From an uncultured Alphaproteobacteria bacterium (GTDB lineage Bacteria; Pseudomonadota; Alphaproteobacteria; HIMB59; GCA-002718135): a stretch of 64,000 nt of DNA. Under the pieces are notes generated by a model. That model had not been told where the DNA came from and ran no database searches. It saw only the letters and a program-made list of their open reading frames with translations. Shown one piece after another: positions 56,848 through 64,000 of this stretch; the first letter of the stretch is position 1, and each line of letters starts with the position of its first letter. The position numbers and the translations under genes were made by a program. The stretch lies in contig CACGUF010000003.1 of the NCBI GenBank assembly GCA_902576125.1, positions 35,311 through 99,310 on the forward strand, written 5' to 3'.

Positions 56848-57405
56848 ATGCCTGTAAATGCTACAAACGAAAAATTAGGATGGTCAGCTCCTAGTTTTAA
56901 ACTCAAAGACATAAGTGGATCTTTTATGTCTTTGGATGATTTAAAAGGTGAAAATGGCACTGTAATTGCGTTTATATGTAATCATTGCCCTTACGTTATT
57001 GCAATAGCAGAAAGATTGAGCTTTGAAGCTAAAGAATTGGAGAAATTATCAATTAATACAATCGCAATAATGTCAAATGATGTTAACAAATATCCGCAGG
57101 ACTCTTTTGAAAACATGAAAATTTTTTCAAAAAAGTATAAATTTAGTTTCTGTTATCTTTATGATGAAACTCAACAAGTTGCTAAAAATTATGGAGCTGT
57201 ATGTACACCTGATCTATTTGGGTTTAATAGCTCTCTTAAACTTATGTATCGTGGAAGAATTGACTCTGGAGTCATGAATTCTAATGACTCAGAAATATAT
57301 AGAGAATTATATAATGCAATGATACTGATTAAAAATAATGGAGTTGGACCTAAAGAACAGTTTAATAGTTTTGGTTGTTCAATTAAATGGAAAAGTGATG
57401 AATAA
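56848..57405 (+). CDS. Thioredoxin-fold protein (AhpC/TSA-redoxin-like, CxxC)
   Basis: 185 aa with GTVIAFICNHCPYV (CNHC active site) in a redoxin-like context. Confidence 0.75.
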   Translation: MPVNATNEKLGWSAPSFKLKDISGSFMSLDDLKGENGTVIAFICNHCPYVIAIAERLSFEAKELEKLSINTIAIMSNDVNKYPQDSFENMKIFSKKYKFSFCYLYDETQQVAKNYGAVCTPDLFGFNSSLKLMYRGRIDSGVMNSNDSEIYRELYNAMILIKNNGVGPKEQFNSFGCSIKWKSDE

Positions 57406-58069
57406 TAAAGATCAAAATAAAAAAAGTTTCCTAAATTCGATTTCAAATCTTATTAAAGAAAATTTAAAATATTTAATAATTTTATTTGCAGCTATTTTTT
57501 TATTCTTTTTAGCTTATCAGAGCTACTCATATTATAAAATAAATAAAATAAATAAACTAAGTATTTCATATTTTACAAATAAAAATTTAGATGATGAAAT
57601 TTTTAAATATTCTGAAATAACTAAATTAACTAATGAAAAAGGTTTTTACTCAATTTTATCTAAGTTAGAATTAATTCAAAATAATATGAATAATGGTGAT
57701 TTTGATTTATCCTTAGAATTATATGATGATATTTTAAACTCAAAAAGTATGGACAATAAATATGTTTCATTAGTTGCAATTAATGCAGCTTATAATTTTA
57801 TTAACATTGCATTTAAAAATAAAAATAATAAATACATTGAAAATATAAACCGGTTTATTTCTCTAATTGATGATAAATTAGATAATTTTATTGGGAATAA
57901 AAATGAACTGTTGTATTTAGTCTCCATTTTATCTCTTAACAATGACTCTGATTATAAGAATAACTCTGAGTTATTGAATTTATATGATAATATGATGAGT
58001 GATAATAATATATCATCTTCAATCAAAGAAAGAGTTAAAAAAATTCATGAATATTATATTTTTATTTAA
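57398..58069 (+). CDS. Membrane-anchored TPR-like protein (YfgM-like by position)
   Basis: The preferred start is ATG 57398 (MNNKDQNKKSF...), which overlaps the upstream stop by 8 nt. One N-terminal TM helix (YLIILFAAIFLFFLAY) precedes a helical domain. The yfgM-bamB-der order is conserved in proteobacteria. Confidence 0.45.
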   Translation: MNNKDQNKKSFLNSISNLIKENLKYLIILFAAIFLFFLAYQSYSYYKINKINKLSISYFTNKNLDDEIFKYSEITKLTNEKGFYSILSKLELIQNNMNNGDFDLSLELYDDILNSKSMDNKYVSLVAINAAYNFINIAFKNKNNKYIENINRFISLIDDKLDNFIGNKNELLYLVSILSLNNDSDYKNNSELLNLYDNMMSDNNISSSIKERVKKIHEYYIFI

Positions 58070-59231
58070 GAATCTTTTTTTATTTTTAATTTTATTTGTT
58101 ATTTCATGCAAATCTGTAGAAAAAATTATAGATGAAAATTTTAAAAAACAGGTAATCATACCTGAAATTAAAAGTTTAGAAAATGATGAAAAAATTTTAA
58201 TTAGTTCAGCTTATATTGAAACTGATTTTAGCAAAAAATTTTATCTTCAAAAAATTAAAAATTCCAAAAATAGTCAATCCAAACTAGAAACTTTCATTTA
58301 TAATAATGAACTATATACTTTTAATTCAAAATCAGAAATTTTTATTCATAACTTCAATAATGGAAAATTAATAAAAAGTTATCAATTTCTTGAAGAAGAT
58401 AAAAATGATAATTTAATTGCAAATTATTTTAAAAATAATTATTTAATTTTAGCTTATAACTCAGGCAAGATTATTAAAACTGACTTAAATGGAAATATAA
58501 TTTGGGAATTTGAAAATAGTAAAATTTTTAATTCTTTAATATATGAGTTCAATGACACAATTATAATAATGTATGGTGATGAAATAGTTGGTTTAAATTT
58601 TGATAATGGAAGAAAACTATGGTCAGAAAAATATGAAAACTTACCAATAATACAGGCTAAAGGTGGAAAAATTAGAAATTTTTTTAATTATATTTATTTT
58701 GTTCTTCCAAATGGTAGATTAGGTTCAGTTGATTTATATCTTGGATCTAAAAATAATAATCAATTTGTTAATTTAGAATTACAAAGCTCTATCAACAATG
58801 CAAAAGACAAAATATATTTATTTAAAAACTTTTTAGTATATTTGGATGAAGGTGAATTCATGTATACCTATGACATATTAAATGATGAATTCTTATTATA
58901 TAATTATAAAATTAATCCCTCTGACTCAAATTATTTTTATAATAATGCGCTAATAATAAAAAATGATAATTATTTAGAAGCTTTAAATATTTTAAATGGA
59001 AAATCATTTTGGTTAATAGATGGTGAAATAAGTAAAAAATCAAAAATCTTGAATATAACTAATCGCAATAAAAATTTGGCAATTTTTTTAAATAATGGAA
59101 AAATTATAATAATAGAAAATAATGAAATAATAGAATCATTGGATACAAAATTAAATAAAATAAATTCTTTTGTTTTTTTAAAAGATAAAATTGTAGCTAA
59201 GCTAGAAAATGGTAAAATTGGAATTTTCTAA
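58047..59231 (+). CDS. Outer-membrane lipoprotein, BamB-like beta-propeller (by lipobox, repeats and synteny)
   Basis: The preferred start is ATG 58047 (MNIIFLFKNLFLFLILFVISCKS), with lipobox VIS-C. Repeated WxF/W-containing blades are present. It lies directly upstream of der. Confidence 0.55.
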   Translation: MNIIFLFKNLFLFLILFVISCKSVEKIIDENFKKQVIIPEIKSLENDEKILISSAYIETDFSKKFYLQKIKNSKNSQSKLETFIYNNELYTFNSKSEIFIHNFNNGKLIKSYQFLEEDKNDNLIANYFKNNYLILAYNSGKIIKTDLNGNIIWEFENSKIFNSLIYEFNDTIIIMYGDEIVGLNFDNGRKLWSEKYENLPIIQAKGGKIRNFFNYIYFVLPNGRLGSVDLYLGSKNNNQFVNLELQSSINNAKDKIYLFKNFLVYLDEGEFMYTYDILNDEFLLYNYKINPSDSNYFYNNALIIKNDNYLEALNILNGKSFWLIDGEISKKSKILNITNRNKNLAIFLNNGKIIIIENNEIIESLDTKLNKINSFVFLKDKIVAKLENGKIGIF

Positions 59232-59233
59232 AA

Positions 59234-60520
59234 ATGAAATATTTATTAATTGGCAAACCTAATGTAGGGAAAACTTCAATCTATAATAAATTGACTGTTT
59301 CAGAAAATATTATCCATAAAGAAAAAGGAACTACAAGAGACTGGCATAAGAGTAAGATTAAAGGTTTAAAAAATTCAACTATTTATGACTCTCCAGGAGT
59401 TATGATTAAAACTAATAAATCTAATGAATTAATTTTTTCTCAATTATTAAAAAAAATTGATATTTTCTTTTATGTAGTTGATTATAGAAACAAAAATAAT
59501 GATTATGATAAAGAATCTATAAATGAATTAAGAAAATTTAATAAAACAATAAATATAATTATTAATAAAGATGATAATTTTCAAGAAAACTATGTTTTCT
59601 CTAAAATAGGATTTAATAGATTATTTTATATTTCATGTTCACATAACTTAGGTTTTGATCAATTATATACATATTTAGAACGAAATGATCGAGGTTTTAA
59701 AAATGAATATCATTATGATTATTCAATTGCAATATATGGAAAACCAAATGCAGGTAAAAGTACACTGGCAAACTCACTTTTAGGATTTAATAGAATTGTT
59801 ACTAGCAGTTCAGCAGGAACTACATCAGATATAGTAGAAGATATTTATAAATATAAAAATAAAATATTTAAAATTATCGATACTGCAGGTATTTTTAAAA
59901 AAAGAAAAATTAATAGTAATTCTATTAATTTTGAAGCAATTAGAAAATCTTTAAATTTAAAAACTCAAATAGATTTAAGTATAATACTCATTGATTGTAA
60001 TGAAGGATTTGATACACAAATTAAAAAGATTTTAAATATTCTAATCAATCAATCTAAAAATATTATTATAGTTTTTAATAAATTAGATACAATTAAAAAT
60101 AAAAGTAAATTTTCAAAAAATATTAAAATATTTATTAATGAAACTTTCTCTCAAATTAACAATATTACTACTTTATTTATCTCAGCAAAAAATAAAAAAA
60201 ATGTTAGCAGATTAAAAAATTTAATATTTGAAAAATCAATTCAAAATGATTTCATCATAACAACTAGTAAGTTAAATTCATGGTTAAAAAGATCTTCCAT
60301 TGAGTATCCTCATCCTTTGATAAAAGGAAAAGTTGTGAACTTTAAGTATGCTGTTCAAGTTTCATCTTCTCCTATAACAATTAAAATTTTTTCTAACTTT
60401 AACAAAGAAATAAAAAAAAATTATAAAAATTATCTTATCAATAATATTATTAAAACTTTTAATATTAATGACTCAAAAGTTAAACTAATATTTTCTTCTT
60501 CAAAAAATCCATTTAAGTAA
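59234..60520 (+). CDS. der: Ribosome-associated GTPase Der (EngA), tandem GTPase domains plus KH-like domain
   Basis: 428 aa. The G1 motifs are GKPNVGKTS and GKPNAGKSTLAN. The remaining motifs are DSPG/DTAG and NKDD/NKLD. Confidence 0.9.
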   Translation: MKYLLIGKPNVGKTSIYNKLTVSENIIHKEKGTTRDWHKSKIKGLKNSTIYDSPGVMIKTNKSNELIFSQLLKKIDIFFYVVDYRNKNNDYDKESINELRKFNKTINIIINKDDNFQENYVFSKIGFNRLFYISCSHNLGFDQLYTYLERNDRGFKNEYHYDYSIAIYGKPNAGKSTLANSLLGFNRIVTSSSAGTTSDIVEDIYKYKNKIFKIIDTAGIFKKRKINSNSINFEAIRKSLNLKTQIDLSIILIDCNEGFDTQIKKILNILINQSKNIIIVFNKLDTIKNKSKFSKNIKIFINETFSQINNITTLFISAKNKKNVSRLKNLIFEKSIQNDFIITTSKLNSWLKRSSIEYPHPLIKGKVVNFKYAVQVSSSPITIKIFSNFNKEIKKNYKNYLINNIIKTFNINDSKVKLIFSSSKNPFK

Positions 60521-61058
60521 CATCCAATTTATCACTAAAAAACAAATCATTTATTAAATTTTGATTAAATTTATCTAATTCTAGAAGTATATAGGAATTT
60601 TCATATAAAAAAAATTTTATAAGATTTAAAAAATCAAAATTATTTAAAGTATAAATTATTGTACTAAAAATAATATAATTAAAAATAAATCCAAATATTA
60701 ATCCAAATACTTTATCTATTATTTTTCCAAATATTTGACTATCTAAATCTGATGAAATGATTTTTCTAAATTTTTTTAGTACAAATAAAGTAAAAAGAAA
60801 AATAATGGGTATTGCTAGTATAATTGAAATTAAATTTGTTATTTGTTCATAATTTTTTAATATTTCTAAGTTTAATAATTGTTTATTAAAAAAATCAGAT
60901 AAAATTTTATAAAAATAAATAGTAATTAATATAGAGCCTACCCATGTTAGCACACCTAATATTGAATTAATTATACCTTTCCAAAAACAAAATATGATAA
61001 TAATAATTGCAATTGTTAATATTATGTAATCAATAGGAAAAATTAAATTTTCAATCAT
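60513..61058 (-). CDS. CvpA-family integral membrane protein
   Basis: 181 aa with about 4 TM helices. The size and topology are typical of CvpA. The assignment is tentative. Confidence 0.55.
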   Translation of the reverse strand: MIENLIFPIDYIILTIAIIIIIFCFWKGIINSILGVLTWVGSILITIYFYKILSDFFNKQLLNLEILKNYEQITNLISIILAIPIIFLFTLFVLKKFRKIISSDLDSQIFGKIIDKVFGLIFGFIFNYIIFSTIIYTLNNFDFLNLIKFFLYENSYILLELDKFNQNLINDLFFSDKLDVT

Positions 61059-63426
61059 ATTTCGATATTATTAAAAGTGATGGGATTAAAATCATAACTC
61101 CCAACATAGCAAATATCATTGCTAATGAAGTGAATATACCGAATAAAACTGTTGGAATAAAATTTGAAAAAGATAATACTGAAAATCCTAAAGCAATAGT
61201 AATTGAAGTAGTTAAAACGGCTAAACCAGCTGAAGAATTTGTAAGCTTAATTGAGTCCATTAACTTGTTTTCATTTTTAAATTCTTTAAAACGATACAAA
61301 TAATGAATAGTGTTGTCTACAGCAATACCTATAGTAATCGCAGCAATTGTGATTGTCATTATATCTAAAGGTATTGATAAATAGCCAATTATACCCAATA
61401 TAAAAGATGAAGCTAATATATTAGGAATAATGCCAATAATACTTAATTTTATTGATTTAAATAGTATTACAAACATAATTAAAATTAAAATAATTACAAA
61501 TCCAAGTGATTTGATTTGTGATTCAAATAAAGAATCTAACATATTATTATATAAAACTAATAATCCATTAACCTTAAAATTTTTAACTGAAGAATTATTT
61601 TTATTTTCTAAGTAATTTTTAATATCATTTATTAAATTTTCTCTGCTTATATTTTCTGAGTCCTTAACCCTTGCAGTTATTTTGGCCATATTTTGGTCTA
61701 TAAGCAGAAATGGGTATATTAAGTTTTCTTTATATTCTTCAGGTATTTCATTGTAAAGTATTGATAATTCGAAAATCTCTAGAGGTTTTTTATTAATTAA
61801 ATTTGCCATTTCTACTAATGATACAATTGATTGAACCTTACCAATTTCTTCTCTTGAATTTAAAAAATAATGAATATCTGAAATAATTTCTAATTTCTCA
61901 TTAGTAAACCAGGTATTTGTCTCATCGTTTAAAAATATTTCATCATCAAAAATATCTTCATCAATTATTAAATCATCTTCATTTATTATGTCATCTCCAA
62001 CGTTTGATAAATCATCAGTTTCATTAAAATTAATAATTATATCTAGAGGTGTAGTACCACCTAATTCTTTGTCAATTAGTTTCATACCTTTATAAATTTC
62101 AGTATTTTTTTTAAAATAATTTACAAAACTATTTTCTACATTAAGTTTTAAAATACCTCCAATAGATATAATAAAAAATATTATTGAAATTATTGTAATA
62201 GTTTTAAAAAAATTTTTAGTTAAAGATGATAATAAATCTTTTAATATAAAAATATTATGATTACTATTTTTGCTATTTGGAAACAAATAAAGTAATAGTG
62301 GAAGTATTGAAAAAGAACATATAAAAGAAACTATTAGTGAAATTATCATAATAATTCCAAAGTCTATAATTGGTTTAATATCTGTTACAATTAATGATCC
62401 AAATGCAACAATTGTTGTTAATGTAGTGTAAAAACATGGCCAAAACATTTTATTAATAGTAATTTGTAGTTTATTTTTTGGATCAATATCTAATAATCTA
62501 TAATAATTAATAATATGTATATTCATGGAAATTGATAAAATGAAAATTAATGCAGAAAAGTTTGAAGATATTGCTGTTACTTCAATTTGAAAAAAACTAA
62601 TAATTCCAAAAATTACAAACACTGAATAAATTGAACTTATTAAACTTATCAATACAAATTTTATTTCCTTAAAAATCAAAAATAAAACTAATATTATAAT
62701 TAAAACCACAGATAAACTAAAAATAATTATATCTTTTTTGACAAAATTAATAACATCACTTGTAATCATTTCAACGCCACCTAAAAAATATTCATTATTG
62801 TCATCTACTTTATTTATTATTTGTCTTATTTCTTTGATAAGAGAATTTCTTTGAGCATCATTATTTTTTTTAAATTGTAAATATTGGTCTCTAGAAATTT
62901 TCAAGTTGTTATAATTATCTCTTGCTTTCTCTATTTCTAAATTTTTATGTAAATAAATTATTAATGAAAAAACATTTGAGTCAGAATTAATTATTTGATC
63001 TCTATATATAGGATTATTTGATAATTCTTTTATAACGTCATCTAAATTATAGTTAGAATTTTTGATTGTTTCAATATTCTCTGCATTTAAAGAATTTAGT
63101 GAAGAATTATTTAAAAAAAGAATAGGAGCATCAATAAAGCTAAATACTCTTTTAACATTTTTTATTTTTAATATTTCTTGTGATAAAAAATCAATTTTTT
63201 CTATAAATTTATTATCAATTTCACCGTTATTTTTGACTGCCAATACTAAAAAATTTTCTGTTGTAAATAATTTATTATAATTATTAAAATACAGAAAATC
63301 CTTATCATTTTTTGCAACTAAAGTGTCTGATGAAGCATCAATCCTAAAATTTTTAATGTAAATAGATGAAAAAATTATCAACATTACAGAAAAAACAAAT
63401 AAAAAACTTATTTTTAGTCTTGACAA
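61051..63426 (-). CDS. RND-superfamily exporter of the MMPL/HpnN-like (COG1033) type
   Basis: 791 aa. Two blocks of about 6 TM helices are each preceded by a periplasmic domain. The start is TTG 63426, with GGAGG (63437..63433) 6 nt upstream. It has an 8-nt overlap with the cvpA-like start. Confidence 0.75.
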   Translation of the reverse strand: MSRLKISFLFVFSVMLIIFSSIYIKNFRIDASSDTLVAKNDKDFLYFNNYNKLFTTENFLVLAVKNNGEIDNKFIEKIDFLSQEILKIKNVKRVFSFIDAPILFLNNSSLNSLNAENIETIKNSNYNLDDVIKELSNNPIYRDQIINSDSNVFSLIIYLHKNLEIEKARDNYNNLKISRDQYLQFKKNNDAQRNSLIKEIRQIINKVDDNNEYFLGGVEMITSDVINFVKKDIIIFSLSVVLIIILVLFLIFKEIKFVLISLISSIYSVFVIFGIISFFQIEVTAISSNFSALIFILSISMNIHIINYYRLLDIDPKNKLQITINKMFWPCFYTTLTTIVAFGSLIVTDIKPIIDFGIIMIISLIVSFICSFSILPLLLYLFPNSKNSNHNIFILKDLLSSLTKNFFKTITIISIIFFIISIGGILKLNVENSFVNYFKKNTEIYKGMKLIDKELGGTTPLDIIINFNETDDLSNVGDDIINEDDLIIDEDIFDDEIFLNDETNTWFTNEKLEIISDIHYFLNSREEIGKVQSIVSLVEMANLINKKPLEIFELSILYNEIPEEYKENLIYPFLLIDQNMAKITARVKDSENISRENLINDIKNYLENKNNSSVKNFKVNGLLVLYNNMLDSLFESQIKSLGFVIILILIMFVILFKSIKLSIIGIIPNILASSFILGIIGYLSIPLDIMTITIAAITIGIAVDNTIHYLYRFKEFKNENKLMDSIKLTNSSAGLAVLTTSITIALGFSVLSFSNFIPTVLFGIFTSLAMIFAMLGVMILIPSLLIISKYD

Positions 63427-63574
63427 ATTTCGCCTCCATTTTCCTGCATTTAGAATGCTAGAATTTCATGACCTAATATTTTTTACAAATAACTTAAAAA
63501 AAAACAATTTCATATTTTAATTATTAAAAAATTAATATTTAATTTTATTATTTTTTAAATTTAAAAATTATTGA

Positions 63575-64000
63575 TCACTCAATTATATTATCATAATCTT
63601 TAACTGTTAAATCACTAAATTTAGTGAAATTAGGATCAAAGTGTGCTTTTATTGTTCCAATTGGCCCATGTCTTTGCTTAGCAATAATAATTTCAGCAGT
63701 GTTATGAGATTTTTCACATAAATCACGCCATCTATTATGTCTTTCATCATATTTGTCTTCAGATTCTTCAGGCTTTTTGATAGGTTCCATTCTCTCCAAA
63801 TAGTAGCTTTCACGAAAGATAAACATAACTACATCTGAATCCTGCTCAATAGTTCCACTTTCTCTTAAATCAGCTAATTGTGGTCTTTTATCTTCTCTTT
63901 GCTCTACTTGTCTAGATAATTGCGAAAGAGCAATTATAGGAATATTTAATTCTTTAGCTATTGCTTTTAAACCTCTTGTTATTTCTGATATCTCTTGAAC
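63575..64000 (-). CDS. dnaB: Replicative DNA helicase DnaB, C-terminal part (5' end beyond the window edge)
   Basis: My translation of the frame, open through position 64000, reads ...[67 protein letters not shown]...[12 protein letters not shown]. The track lists only the part from an internal Met (63575..63826). Confidence 0.9.
   Translation of the reverse strand, partial: VQEISEITRGLKAIAKELNIPIIALSQLSRQVEQREDKRPQLADLRESGTIEQDSDVVMFIFRESYYLERMEPIKKPEESEDKYDERHNRWRDLCEKSHNTAEIIIAKQRHGPIGTIKAHFDPNFTKFSDLTVKDYDNIIE

Noticed and set aside
57338-58046. Several ORF-track entries carry N-terminal extensions: 57338-57397 and 57999-58046, and similarly 16825-16860, 13986-13997, 42751-42756, 55501-55515 and 8221-8235.
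   Set aside because: The extensions overlap the preceding gene or lack signal-peptide or N-terminal sense. Internal ATG codons give canonical N-termini: a lipoprotein signal with Cys, a signal peptide, a TM anchor and MNSSEIR for AlaS. They also give the tight junctions typical of this genome.
1445-63280. 32 short ORFs (60-124 aa) in the supplied track lie inside longer, well-supported genes, either antisense or out of frame. They are 1445-1687, 2749-2970, 3396-3770, 7388-7645, 8154-8387, 8458-8646, 11132-11359, 11638-11991, 13165-13389, 13663-13974, 13718-13903, 17296-17544, 19724-19921, 25138-25344, 28601-28789, 36639-36941, 39098-39280, 39862-40047, 40342-40665, 42190-42507, 42344-42535, 43287-43475, 46259-46474, 46864-47136, 50752-51054, 53000-53206, 54824-55009, 55003-55185, 55890-56150, 57189-57446, 61430-61615 and 63062-63280.
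   Set aside because: These are shadow ORFs within confidently identified genes. Their translations are low-complexity and rich in Phe, Leu, Ile and Ser, as expected from the reverse complement of AT-rich coding sequence. None shows a recognisable motif, and none has its own promoter or RBS context.
1-64000. I searched by eye for CRISPR arrays, tandem repeats, IS elements, transposases, integrases, phage genes, rRNA genes, toxin-antitoxin pairs and known defence-system signatures.
   Set aside because: None was found. No repeated spacer-repeat periodicity appears, no recombinase-like ORF is present, and the only RNA gene recognised is tRNA-Leu at 38519-38603. The tRNA has no flanking island. 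A manual scan cannot exclude short or degenerate repeats.

Overview
This is a very AT-rich window. Hand-sampled genes are mostly about 23-30% GC, and a few conserved genes reach about 40%. Coding is almost gap-free, with many 1-23 nt gene overlaps. Composition, gene packing and the protein sequences fit a streamlined marine alphaproteobacterium of the Pelagibacterales (SAR11) type. That placement is an inference and was not checked by any search. I support about 62 protein-coding genes, one tRNA-Leu(UAA), two hairpin terminators and a few candidate promoters and operators. I saw no rRNA, CRISPR array, transposase, integrase or phage gene. All protein calls come from reading the supplied translations against family motifs I remember, not from database hits.

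The left ~23 kb looks like an accessory catabolic region for amines or organic cations.
- 1-8144 (minus strand): a translationally coupled operon that runs off the left edge. It encodes a CaiD-like crotonase, an ADP-forming acyl-CoA synthetase, an acyl-CoA dehydrogenase, a stand-alone GcvT-fold folate protein and two paralogous amine-oxidase-fold flavoproteins.
- 8236-13985: a divergent TetR, a second acyl-CoA dehydrogenase and PotBCA-like ABC importer genes, plus a convergent acidic binding-protein gene.
- 13986-14365: a 380-bp GC-enriched non-coding gap with nested helices.
- 14366-23238: agmatine deiminase and N-carbamoylputrescine amidase, two glutamine-synthetase-like ligases, two PuuB-like FAD oxidases and an orphan Rieske oxygenase.

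The right ~40 kb is housekeeping: tsaC, glmU, DAHP synthase, nadE, gltX, cimA, rpsD, grxD, bolA, purB, map, nadK, moaA, dksA, recA, alaS, icd, psd, pssA, an RND pump, rlmE, guaA, der and the dnaB 3' end.

Best leads:
1. The GcvT-fold protein plus two flavoproteins may be a split THF-linked demethylase, fused operonically to a Cai/Dmd-like CoA-thioester module.
2. A perfect shared palindrome core, TTGAAT-N4-ATTCAA, sits in two divergent promoter regions 11 kb apart. This suggests one regulon under the only regulator in view.
3. The long structured intergenic region may hold an RNA element.
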